Assembly: GCA_963776245.1 (NCBI GenBank)
Contig: CAVZLN010000003.1
Coordinates: 416,001-480,000, forward strand
Source of the DNA: Candidatus Eiseniibacteriota bacterium
Lineage (GTDB): Bacteria > Eisenbacteria > RBG-16-71-46
Reading direction: 5' to 3'
DNA: 64,000 nucleotides
Shown here: piece by piece, positions 1 to 8,230 of the stretch
Position numbering within the stretch: position 1 is the stretch's first letter
Layout: each line of letters starts with the position of its first letter
Notes under the pieces: model-generated
Database searches by the model: none
What the model was told of the DNA's origin: nothing
What the model saw: the letters and a program-made list of their open reading frames with translations, nothing else
Made by a program: the position numbers and the translations under genes

Positions 1-1
1 G

Positions 2-682
2 GCCGAGCCCCGCCCGGTCGCGATCACCCGGGCGCCCTCGTTCGCCGCGGCCGACCGCCGCCCCGACCCGTTCACCCGGGCACCGGCCCGCGCCGCGGAA
101 GCAGGCTCATTGATCACCCTCGCCCCACTCCCGGCGGAAGTGCGGGCGGGAGAGGTCGTGACCCTGCGCTGGTCCGAGCCCGTGCCCGGCATCGAGGAGT
201 TCGAGATCCTGCTCTCGGTGGACGACGGGCGCAGCTTCCCGCTGCGTGTCACGCCCGAGCTGGACGCGCGGGCAGGCGAGTACCGCTGGCGCGTCCCCGA
301 CCTGCCGACCGCCACGGCGCGGCTGCGGGTACGAGCGGGCAACCAGCGCGGGGAGTTCGAGTGCGCACCCGGCGCGCCGTTTCGGATCACTGGTCGGGAC
401 GCGGCCGCTCGCCCGGAAGTCGCGGTCCACGAGTCGGGATGGTGGGACGGACTGACGGCGGCGCGCGGAGCGGTCAGCGCCGCGCTCGGGCCCGCGCGCG
501 CGACGTTGCATGCCGCCGCCGAGCCCGCGTACGCCACCGTCGAGGACCGCGCCCCGCGAGGCGGCTGGCCCGCGGCGCACGGGACGCTGATGAGCCGCCT
601 GACCCGCGCCGCCGGTCCCTTGGCCGCGCCCGACGGCGAGCGCCTCATCCGGAGCCCGCTGCGGGTCCCGATGCGCCGATGA
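2..682 (+). CDS. Hypothetical protein (5'-partial) with an Ig-like beta-sandwich segment, upstream of the TonB-dependent receptor
   Basis: The frame of ORF 110..682 is open back to the window start. Beta-strand pattern VRAGEVVTLRW...FEILLSVDDGRSF...YRWRVPDLPTATARLRVRAG, followed by a low-complexity tail. Confidence 0.6.
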   Translation, partial: AEPRPVAITRAPSFAAADRRPDPFTRAPARAAEAGSLITLAPLPAEVRAGEVVTLRWSEPVPGIEEFEILLSVDDGRSFPLRVTPELDARAGEYRWRVPDLPTATARLRVRAGNQRGEFECAPGAPFRITGRDAAARPEVAVHESGWWDGLTAARGAVSAALGPARATLHAAAEPAYATVEDRAPRGGWPAAHGTLMSRLTRAAGPLAAPDGERLIRSPLRVPMRR

Positions 683-815
683 GCGAAGCCGCTCCTTCCT
701 CGCTCTCGCTCACCTAGCGCCTCACCGCGTTGCCGCCTGGCCTGTCTTCCATGCGCGAAGTCGTGCGTGCGCGGCGTTGGTCGTTTTACCGTCCTGAAAC
801 GGAAGGAACCACCCC

Positions 816-2861
816 ATGCTCTGCATGCTCCTGCTCGCGGCGAGTCTCGCCGCCGCGCGCGCCGACACTCTGGTCGTTCCCCTGCAGGAGATCGTCGTCA
901 CCGGCACCCGCAGTCCCGAGTCGGCGCTGCGGCTGCCGGCGGGCGTGAGCGTCGTGAAACGGGACGCGTTCGCCGACACCCGCGGCAACAGCCTGCGGGA
1001 CGCGCTCATCGACGTTCCCGGCGTGTTCGTGCAGAGCCGCGCGGGTGCGCAGGATGTGCGGGTCACCATCCGCGGGTTCGGCGCGCGCGGCAACGGCGAG
1101 CGCTCGAACTCCGGCAACATGCGCGGCATCCGCGTGCTCACCGATGGCGTGCCGGTCACCGAGCCCGACGGCCGCACCTCGCTCGACCTGGTGGATCTCG
1201 GCACCACCGACCGCGTCGAGGTGGTGCGCAGCAATGCCTCGTCGCTCTATGGCAACGCGTCGGGCGGCGTGATCAACCTGCGCACCGACCTGGCGTTCGA
1301 GCGGCCATTCGCCGAGTACCGCGAGCGGGCCGGGTCCTTTGGCTACCATCGCGAGCAGGCGGTGGCGGGCTTCGGTGTGAGCGGCGCCCGGGGGGTGTTC
1401 TCGCTCTCGAACTCCACGTTCGACGGCTGGCGGGCGCACAGCGCGAGCAACGCCTCGCAGGCGTCCTTGCGGCTGACCGTGCCGGTCGGGGAGCACGATC
1501 GGCTGGGCCTGCTGTTCGACGCCGTGAGCGATCTCAATCGCTTTCCCGGCGCGCTCACCCGCGCCCAGGCGGACTCGGCCCCGGCCCAGGCGAATGCCAC
1601 CTTCGCCTCGCGTGACGAGCGCCGCCGCAATCGCGTCGGCCGCGTCGCGGCGACCTGGGACCGCGAGGTCGAGGAGTCGATGGACCTCTCGCTCACCGCG
1701 TTCGCCGAGCCCAAGGTGCTCCAGCGTTCGGAGCGCAACCGCTTCCGCGACTTCACCCGCTACCACGTGGGCGGCAGCGGCGTGTTCAGCTGGCGCTCCG
1801 CGCTCGCGCCGGGGATCCGGAGCCGGATCAGTCTCGGCGGGGACGAGGCGCTCCAGGACGGCGCCATCCTGTTCTACGACCTCGGGCCGGGAGGCAGTCG
1901 CGGGACGACCATGGTGGCCAACAAGCGCGAGGGAGCGAACAGCGCCGGCGCGTTCGTGGAGGAGGAGCTCACCTTTCATGAGCGCTGGTCGGTGCGTGTC
2001 GCGGCACGCTACGACGTGCTCTGGTACATCGCCGAGGACTTCGTCGACCCCACCATCGACGCGACCAAGCGATTCGAGCGCGTCACCCCCAAGGCCTCGC
2101 TGTCCTACCGTGCGGGCGAGCACACGTTGTACGCCTCCCTGGGCGGGGGCGTGGAGGCACCGGCATTCAACGAGATCGATCCGCCGCCTTCCGCGCCACC
2201 GACGGCGCTCAATCCCTTCCTGGAGCCCATGCACTCCGTGACCTATGAGCTGGGCGCCAAGGGCGGCGTGACTTCCGGCGCCCTGGGTCGCCTGGACTAC
2301 GACGCCGCGCTCTATTGGATCGAGGTGCGCAATGACATCGTGCCGGAGGAAGGTGGGGCGTACTTCTCCACCGCGGGCAGGTCGCGCCGCCGCGGCGGGG
2401 AACTGGGCTTCGGCTGGCACGCGCCGGTCGCGGGACTCACGCTGGGCGGTGCGCTCACCGTGTCGGACAATCGCTTCCTCGACTACCAGCCCGTGATCGA
2501 TGGGGTCACCCACGATTTCGCCGACCGCAAGGTGCCGGGGCTGCCGGATGCGGCCTGGTCGGCGCGTGCGCGCTATCAGACGCCGCTCGGACCGTACGGC
2601 GAGCTCGGGCTCGAGCATGCGGGTGGGTACTTCGCGGACGATGCGAACCGCGTGGGCACCCGTGCGTACACACTGCTGAACGCGAGCGTGGGGTACGAGC
2701 GGGCTGCGGGCGGGTACCGCGTGCGCGCCTTCGTGGGCGGGAACAACCTGACGGACCAGGCGTACGACGCGTCCGTCTTCATCAATGGCGTCCGCGACGA
2801 GTACTTCGAGCCCGGTTTGCCGCGGAACTGGGTGGCGGGGCTGACCGTGCGCGGGCTGTAG
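816..2861 (+). CDS. TonB-dependent outer membrane receptor
   Basis: Signal peptide, TonB box-like EIVVTGTR, plug motifs (IRGFG, DGVP, RVEVVRS..SSLYG..SGGVINL), barrel terminus GNNLTDQAY...PGLPRNWVAGLTVR. RBS GGAAGGA at 801-807. Confidence 0.93.
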   Translation: MLCMLLLAASLAAARADTLVVPLQEIVVTGTRSPESALRLPAGVSVVKRDAFADTRGNSLRDALIDVPGVFVQSRAGAQDVRVTIRGFGARGNGERSNSGNMRGIRVLTDGVPVTEPDGRTSLDLVDLGTTDRVEVVRSNASSLYGNASGGVINLRTDLAFERPFAEYRERAGSFGYHREQAVAGFGVSGARGVFSLSNSTFDGWRAHSASNASQASLRLTVPVGEHDRLGLLFDAVSDLNRFPGALTRAQADSAPAQANATFASRDERRRNRVGRVAATWDREVEESMDLSLTAFAEPKVLQRSERNRFRDFTRYHVGGSGVFSWRSALAPGIRSRISLGGDEALQDGAILFYDLGPGGSRGTTMVANKREGANSAGAFVEEELTFHERWSVRVAARYDVLWYIAEDFVDPTIDATKRFERVTPKASLSYRAGEHTLYASLGGGVEAPAFNEIDPPPSAPPTALNPFLEPMHSVTYELGAKGGVTSGALGRLDYDAALYWIEVRNDIVPEEGGAYFSTAGRSRRRGGELGFGWHAPVAGLTLGGALTVSDNRFLDYQPVIDGVTHDFADRKVPGLPDAAWSARARYQTPLGPYGELGLEHAGGYFADDANRVGTRAYTLLNASVGYERAAGGYRVRAFVGGNNLTDQAYDASVFINGVRDEYFEPGLPRNWVAGLTVRGL

Positions 2862-2917
2862 GGCCGCGCCCCTCCACTCGGGCGCCGGGCGCGGCGGAAG
2901 CCGCGGATGTCGACGAT

Positions 2918-2957
2918 ACGAAACGGGCCGGAGTCGATCCGGCCCGTTTCGTCGTTC
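2918..2957. terminator. Probable bidirectional intrinsic terminator
   Basis: Perfect 15-bp inverted repeat ACGAAACGGGCCGGA (2918-2932) / TCCGGCCCGTTTCGT (2938-2952) with TTT on both strands, 57 bp after the receptor stop. Confidence 0.75.
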
Positions 2958-3288
2958 ACTCGTCTCCCCGACCGACAAGAGAGCGGTGGTGGGACCGCTT
3001 CGGCCGACCGGCCCCCGATTACGGCCAACCTCCCCGGGCCCGGCCTCCGCTCCTTGCCTGTCGTGGTCGAGGCCTCGCGGCCTCGCCGACGCCCCATCGC
3101 AACCCGCGGGCCAGCCCAGGCGATGCTCGCCGCGTCTCCCACAACCGACTGGGATCAAGCGCGATGGGCCGCGATACGCCGGTCACCCGGGCCCCGCCCG
3201 GGGTCCGCGCGCGTCGACCGGACGAACGCGCGCGTCGACGGGTGGACAGCCGCACCGCCCCACCAGGGGCCGGTCTCCACCGTGGCTC

Positions 3289-3318
3289 TTGACGCGATGC
3301 ACACTCGTGCAGTACGGT
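3289..3318 (+). promoter_or_regulatory. lexA promoter with overlapping putative LexA operator TGCAC-N4-GTGCA
   Basis: TTGACG (3289-3294), 18 bp, TACGGT (3313-3318). Perfect palindrome TGCAC-ACTC-GTGCA (3298-3311) lies in the spacer. Confidence 0.75.
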
Positions 3319-3366
3319 GCGCGTGCCGGGTCCCACGCCGACCTCCAACCACGAGAGGTGCGGAGC

Positions 3367-3969
3367 ATGTTGAACGAAAAGGCACGCGAGATACTCGCCT
3401 TCATCCAGCGGTCCACGCGCGAGCACGGGTACCCGCCCACCATCCGGGAGATCGGCGAAGCGTTCCACATCCGATCGACCAACGGCGTGCGCTACCACCT
3501 CGCGCTGCTCGAGAAGGGTGGCCACCTCAAGCGTAGCGGCCGCATCTCTCGCGGCATCGGGCCGGTCGAACGCGACGCGCGTCCGGCGGGCATCCCGATC
3601 CTCGGCCGGGTCGCCGCGGGCCAGCCGATCCTGGCCGAAGAGAATCTCGAGGGCTCCATCGAGCCCGAGTCGATGTTCGGGGACACCGCGGGCATGTTCG
3701 CGCTGCGCGTGCGGGGCGACAGCATGGTCGACGCCGGCATCCTCGAGGGAGACTACGTCGTGGTGCGCGGCCAGGAGCGCGCGAATCCGGGCGAGATCGT
3801 CGTGGGGCTGCTGGGCGATGAGGCCACGGTGAAGTACTTCCAGCCGAAGCGCGGCGCCATCGAGTTGGTGGCCGCGAATCCGAACTACGCGCCCATCCAG
3901 GTTCGGCCCGAAGACGGGTTCCGCATCCTCGGGGTGGTGCGGGGCGTCATCCGGACGGTCGGGCGCTGA
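3367..3969 (+). CDS. lexA: LexA repressor
   Basis: GYPPTIREIG HTH, cleavage site IPILGRVAAGQP, catalytic GDSM and ATVK motifs. ATG at 3367 chosen inside ORF 2986..3969. Confidence 0.96.
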   Translation: MLNEKAREILAFIQRSTREHGYPPTIREIGEAFHIRSTNGVRYHLALLEKGGHLKRSGRISRGIGPVERDARPAGIPILGRVAAGQPILAEENLEGSIEPESMFGDTAGMFALRVRGDSMVDAGILEGDYVVVRGQERANPGEIVVGLLGDEATVKYFQPKRGAIELVAANPNYAPIQVRPEDGFRILGVVRGVIRTVGR

Positions 3970-4061
3970 CGGAAGGAGAGCGGCACCGCCCGGGACGCGG
4001 TCGCATCCCGCGGGCAGGGCGATGCATCTGAAGTAGAACGAGGGATCAGCGATTGAGGTGT

Positions 4062-4083
4062 GCCGGGCCTGCCCGGTTTTTTT
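4062..4083 (+). terminator. Intrinsic terminator after lexA
   Basis: GCCGGG-CCTG-CCCGG(T) hairpin followed by a T7 run (4077-4083). Confidence 0.65.
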
Positions 4084-4095
4084 CGGGGCCGCGGA

Positions 4096-4109
4096 TGCAC
4101 AAATGTTCA
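4096..4109. promoter_or_regulatory. Second putative LexA box upstream of the tnpA-like gene
   Basis: TGCAC-AAAT-GTTCA, one mismatch to the lexA-promoter palindrome arms, 11 bp before RBS AGGAGG (4121-4126). Confidence 0.55.
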
Positions 4110-4133
4110 ACCATCCCCGCAGGAGGATTGACC

Positions 4134-4592
4134 GTGGATCGCTCGATGGCTCCCGAGGTGCGTGAGGCGCTGGCCGGTCGTTGGGAGCGGGTCTACCGCA
4201 GCCAGCTCCACTACCTCGTCACGTGGCACACGCGCGGTCACCGTCCGGTGCTGCGCGACCGGCATGTGCACGCGCTCCAGGAGCTCGTCAGCCGGACCAG
4301 CGAAGAGCGCGGCTTCACCTTGATCGAGGCGCTCGCCGGTCCCGATCACGTGCACCTCGTCCTGGCCCTGCGTCCCGCGCAGAGCGTGGCGAGTGCGGTG
4401 CGCGAACTGAAGGGCCGCGCCGGCCTCGATCTCATGGCGCGATTCCCGGAGCTGCGTGTGTGGCTGGGCGGGAACCTGGTGTGGGATGAAGGCTACTCGG
4501 TCGAGACGGTGAGCCCCGCGCGGCTCGAGCGCGTCCGCCAGCGTCTGCGTGCGCTCCATGCGAGCGACGACGACCTCGCGCAGGCGAGCTGA
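4134..4592 (+). CDS. IS200/IS605 TnpA (Y1 HUH)-like protein lacking the catalytic tyrosine
   Basis: HUH motif PDHVHL, LKG, FPEL and W..GY.V.TV are typical of TnpA. The C-terminal helix reads VRQRLRAL where I..YI..Q is expected. GTG start after AGGAGG. Confidence 0.8.
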   Translation: MDRSMAPEVREALAGRWERVYRSQLHYLVTWHTRGHRPVLRDRHVHALQELVSRTSEERGFTLIEALAGPDHVHLVLALRPAQSVASAVRELKGRAGLDLMARFPELRVWLGGNLVWDEGYSVETVSPARLERVRQRLRALHASDDDLAQAS

Positions 4593-4669
4593 GCGCCTGA
4601 AGCGCGGTACGGGTGCATGCTTCTCACGGGGTCGGGCAGCCGATCCGCAGCATGGGCATGCGGCACCCG

Positions 4670-5410
4670 CTATGCGCTCGACGCGGCCGCGAGCGCTCCC
4701 GCCGGCGGAAGGGTGGCCGGGCTTCGTACTGATGCATCGCTTTCCGCAGGCTCGGCGACCCCCAGCCAATGCCCCGCACGCCTCTGCTTGGTGGCGAGAT
4801 AGCGCCGATTGTGCTCATTGGAGGGCATGACGTGCGGAAGCCGGCCGGACACGCGGACGCCATGTGAGCGCAGGCCCTCGAGCTTGGCCGGATTGTTGGT
4901 CATGAGCAGGACGCTGCGCACCCCCAGGGCACCCAGCATCTGGGCGGCGACCCCGTAGTCCCGCAGGTCGTCACCGAATCCGAGCAGGCGATTCGCGTCG
5001 ACCGTGTCGTGGCCCTCGTCCTGCAGCGCGTACGCGCGGATCTTGTTGGTCAGACCGATGCCGCGACCTTCCTGCCGCAGGTAGAGCACCACTCCCGCGT
5101 CCATGCGGCCGATCGCCTCGAGCGCGGCGGTGAGCTGATCCCGGCAGTCGCAGCGGAGCGAGCCGAGCACGTCTCCCGTCAGGCACTCGGAGTGCACCCG
5201 CACCGGGACACGCGAGCGCCCGCGCACGTTGCCGCGCACGAGCGCGAGGTGCTCCTTGCCGTCGGAGCCGATGGTGAACGCCACCGCGCGGAACTCCCCG
5301 AAACGCGACGGCAGGTCGGCCACCGAGACGATCCGGAGCGGCTGCCCCGGGGTGGCGAGGTGCGGCGCGGCGCGGGCGGTTGTCGAGTCCGTGGGGTCGA
5401 GCTGACGCAT
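4670..5410 (-). CDS. ribA: GTP cyclohydrolase II
   Basis: VRVHSECLTGDVLGSLRCDC, LRQEGRGIGL.NK, LMTNNP.K motifs. Confidence 0.95.
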   Translation of the reverse strand: MRQLDPTDSTTARAAPHLATPGQPLRIVSVADLPSRFGEFRAVAFTIGSDGKEHLALVRGNVRGRSRVPVRVHSECLTGDVLGSLRCDCRDQLTAALEAIGRMDAGVVLYLRQEGRGIGLTNKIRAYALQDEGHDTVDANRLLGFGDDLRDYGVAAQMLGALGVRSVLLMTNNPAKLEGLRSHGVRVSGRLPHVMPSNEHNRRYLATKQRRAGHWLGVAEPAESDASVRSPATLPPAGALAAASSA

Positions 5411-5570
5411 GACGAGGTCTCCAGGGGGTCACCGGGTGGCGCTCTCTTGATGCGCCGGGCGCGCCGAAGGCTCAGCCAACCTGCGCGGGGACCGGGAGCG
5501 CGAGTGCCGATGGCCGGAGGGGACGCATGCGACGCCGGGCCGCGGGAGGCACGCGACGCCGGGGCCGGAG

Positions 5571-6920
5571 TCAGAGCAACTGGCGGCGCGACAGCGTCAG
5601 CGTGCGTCTGGTGCCACCGTGTCTCACGCCGAGGGTGACGCGCGAGCCGGGCGGCCCTTCGAGCCGGCGCAGGAGCGTGAGGAGGTCCATCGCGCGAGCA
5701 TCCTCGCCATCCAGGGATTCGATGACATCGCCACGTGCCAGGCCTGCCTCCGCGGCGGGGGTGGCCTCGGCGACCGCGACGATCTGGATCGCTCCTTCGG
5801 TGCGTTCCACCTGCAGGCCGATCTGCGAGTACTCGTAGGGGCGCGCATCCCGACCCACTTCGGCCGGGTCGAGCCAGACGATGAGACGCCGGAAGTCGAT
5901 GGCGACACGGAACCGACGCAGGAAGGAGTACCCGAGCAGGCCGTGCACCGGCTCACCGACCGCGCGCTCGAGCACCTCGGCCAGTTCACCCCGCATGACC
6001 GCCGCGTCCATGTCGCGCACCTCGACCCCGCCCGTCACGCCCTCCACCGCGATGCGGGGCACGCGGACGATGCGCGCCTCGTCGTCGCCGAAGAGGGTCG
6101 GCGCGCTCAGGCCGCGCAGCGCGGGCCACGAGGCGCTGCGCGGGGCGATCCGCGCCAGCGCGGGTTCGAACAGCACCGTCTTGGAAGCCCCGGTGTCGAG
6201 CGCGAGGGTCATCCCACCGCTCGTCATCCGGCCGTTCGCCTCGGTGAGGCGAGCGCGGACGAGAAGCTTCCCGTCTCCCGCCAGGCGAAAGGGCACGGCG
6301 CGAGCGCGCGGTGACAGCCCGGGAAGCCGCCTGCGCGAGGCCACGGTCGCGGGCTCGTTCGCACGCTCGCCACCCGCCGGGACCAGCGCGATCGTCTCGC
6401 CCTCGAAGTCGATCCACAGGATGTACGGAGCGAGGACCCGCTGGCCCAGCAGGCCCAGCACGTCGCGGTCGGTGACGCGACGGACGACCTCAGCGTCCAC
6501 GGAGAGCACCGGCGCGACCTGGTCGAACTGGACTGCGCCGATCTCGAGACGCCCGAGCCGGTGGGGCGCAAGCTCGATCGCGCCGGCCGCTGAGAGCGAG
6601 TCCGCGATCCCGAGCGCGAAAGCCACGTGGCGATCGAGTGCGAGATAGGGCGCCCCGGTATCGAGCACCAGGTCCCCCGACGTGTCGCGTCCGGCATCGC
6701 CATGAAGCGTCGCGCGCAGCAGGATCAGGCCATCGAGATCCTCGACCAGGATCGTCCGCGTGCCCTCAGGCCAATCGGAGCCCCGCGCTGTGGCCGCCTG
6801 CGCCTCGCCGACCATCAGAGGCGCGGCGATCGTCCCCCCGAACGCAAGCCCGGACAGGCACGCGAAGAGAAGATGTAACGAACTGCGCCACATCCTATTA
6901 TTGACAATCGCCGCGGTCAT
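5571..6920 (-). CDS. Secreted tandem retropepsin-like aspartyl protease with C-terminal PDZ domain
   Basis: Two LDTGA motifs each followed by GLLG; PDZ-like IGL...TPAAEAGLARGDVIESLDG; hydrophobic N-terminus. Confidence 0.85.
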   Translation of the reverse strand: MTAAIVNNRMWRSSLHLLFACLSGLAFGGTIAAPLMVGEAQAATARGSDWPEGTRTILVEDLDGLILLRATLHGDAGRDTSGDLVLDTGAPYLALDRHVAFALGIADSLSAAGAIELAPHRLGRLEIGAVQFDQVAPVLSVDAEVVRRVTDRDVLGLLGQRVLAPYILWIDFEGETIALVPAGGERANEPATVASRRRLPGLSPRARAVPFRLAGDGKLLVRARLTEANGRMTSGGMTLALDTGASKTVLFEPALARIAPRSASWPALRGLSAPTLFGDDEARIVRVPRIAVEGVTGGVEVRDMDAAVMRGELAEVLERAVGEPVHGLLGYSFLRRFRVAIDFRRLIVWLDPAEVGRDARPYEYSQIGLQVERTEGAIQIVAVAEATPAAEAGLARGDVIESLDGEDARAMDLLTLLRRLEGPPGSRVTLGVRHGGTRRTLTLSRRQLL

Positions 6921-6956
6921 GGATGGCGCCCCGTCGAGGCCCCGATCGGGCGTCGG

Positions 6957-7373
6957 TCAACGGGAATCCCGGCTGCGACCATAGTCCGATCCGATCTCGA
7001 CCCCTTCGGACCCAGACTCGAGCATCGTACAGCGGCCGGAAAAGAAGACCCCCGGCTCCATGGCCACGCACATGGCGGCGACATCGCCTTCGACGCGCGC
7101 GCCCGCCTTCATCTCGATGGTCCCCAGAGCGCGCATGTTCCCGATCACCCGACCGCGCACCGTCGCGTCGCGCAGCTCGACGTCCGCCCGCATGACGCCG
7201 TGCTCTCCGATCTCGAGCCGCTCGCAGTTGAGGATGTCCCCTTCGAACTCCCCTTCGATCCGCAGCGTCCCTGAGACCATCAGTGTGCCACGAAAACTCG
7301 AGCCGACGCCGATGACGGTGTTCGGCGGCGACGGCTCGTCCGGATGTGCGGCGCGCCCGCGGAACTTGAGCAT
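6957..7373 (-). CDS. Bactofilin (polymer-forming cytoskeletal protein)
   Basis: TVIGVGSSFRGTL...LRIEGEFEGDI...IGEHGVMRADV...VEGDV...MEPGVFFSGRC beta-helix pattern. ATG overlaps the parB stop (TGATG). Confidence 0.9.
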   Translation of the reverse strand: MLKFRGRAAHPDEPSPPNTVIGVGSSFRGTLMVSGTLRIEGEFEGDILNCERLEIGEHGVMRADVELRDATVRGRVIGNMRALGTIEMKAGARVEGDVAAMCVAMEPGVFFSGRCTMLESGSEGVEIGSDYGRSRDSR

Positions 7374-8230
7374 CAGAGTACGCCCCAGGCCTCGAGCAGG
7401 CGTTCGAGGTCCTCCTGGCCGTAGTATTCGAACTCCACCTTGCCGCCCTTCCGCGCCGCGCTGATCCCGACGTGGGTGCCAAACCGCTGTTGAAGCTTGA
7501 CCTCCCATTCGCGGAGCCCGTCCACCTTCTGCGCCTTGGGTCGCGCGTGCTGCTTGCGAAGCCGTCTGCGGACGTACGCTTCGGTGCGGCGCACCGAGAA
7601 GCCCTTCGCGGTCACGTACCGTGCAGCTCCCAACTGGTCCGCGCCCGAAGCGAGCGCGAGGAGCGCGCGAGCATGCCCGGCGGACATGGTTCCACGTGAA
7701 ACCATGTCCATGACCTCAACCGGAAGCGCGAGGAGCCGGAGGGAGTTGGTCACGGAAGAGCGCTGCTTTCCCACCCGGTCCGAGACCTGGTCGTGAGTGA
7801 GCCCGACACTTTCAACCAGAGACTGGAAGGCCCTGGCTTCGTCGATCGGGTTCAAGTCCTCCCGCTGGATGTTCTCGATGAGCGCCATCTCCATCATGTC
7901 CCGGTCGCCAAGTTCGCGCACGATGGCGGGGATCCGCCCGAGTCCAGCCATCCTGGCCGCGCGCAATCGCCGTTCCCCGGCGACCATCTGGTAATCGCCG
8001 GCGATGCCCTTGCGCACCACGACCGGCTGCAGGACCCCGCTTACCTTGATGGACGCCGCGAGTTCCTTGATGGCGTCGTCGTCGAACCGGGTGCGTGGCT
8101 GAAATGGGTTCGGCGCGATGTCATCGACCGACAGCTCGCGGAGCCCGTCGGGGCCCGCCTCCGCCATGGCGGTCGCGCTCGCTCCAGGGATGAGAGCTTC
8201 GAGTCCTCTGCCGAGGGCCTTCCTATGCAT
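7373..8230 (-). CDS. parB: Chromosome partitioning protein ParB
   Basis: ALGRGLEALI N-terminus, NPFQPR, AGERRLRA, ENIQREDLNPIDEA. Confidence 0.97.
   Translation of the reverse strand: MHRKALGRGLEALIPGASATAMAEAGPDGLRELSVDDIAPNPFQPRTRFDDDAIKELAASIKVSGVLQPVVVRKGIAGDYQMVAGERRLRAARMAGLGRIPAIVRELGDRDMMEMALIENIQREDLNPIDEARAFQSLVESVGLTHDQVSDRVGKQRSSVTNSLRLLALPVEVMDMVSRGTMSAGHARALLALASGADQLGAARYVTAKGFSVRRTEAYVRRRLRKQHARPKAQKVDGLREWEVKLQQRFGTHVGISAARKGGKVEFEYYGQEDLERLLEAWGVL
7688..7703. promoter_or_regulatory. parS site inside parB
   Basis: GGTTCCACGTGAAACC closely matches the consensus TGTTTCACGTGAAACA and sits inside a 28-bp near-perfect palindrome (7682-7709). Confidence 0.85.

Noticed and set aside
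2975..3035. SAM-I riboswitch-like words AAGAGAGCGGTGGTGGGAC...GCCAACC
   Set aside because: No GGTGC(C/T)AA P3-P4 segment or AUC/GAU P1 closure, and the downstream gene is lexA.
4134..4592. Active IS200/IS605 element or RAYT
   Set aside because: Catalytic Tyr absent, no tnpB, and no repeated REP units seen in the window.
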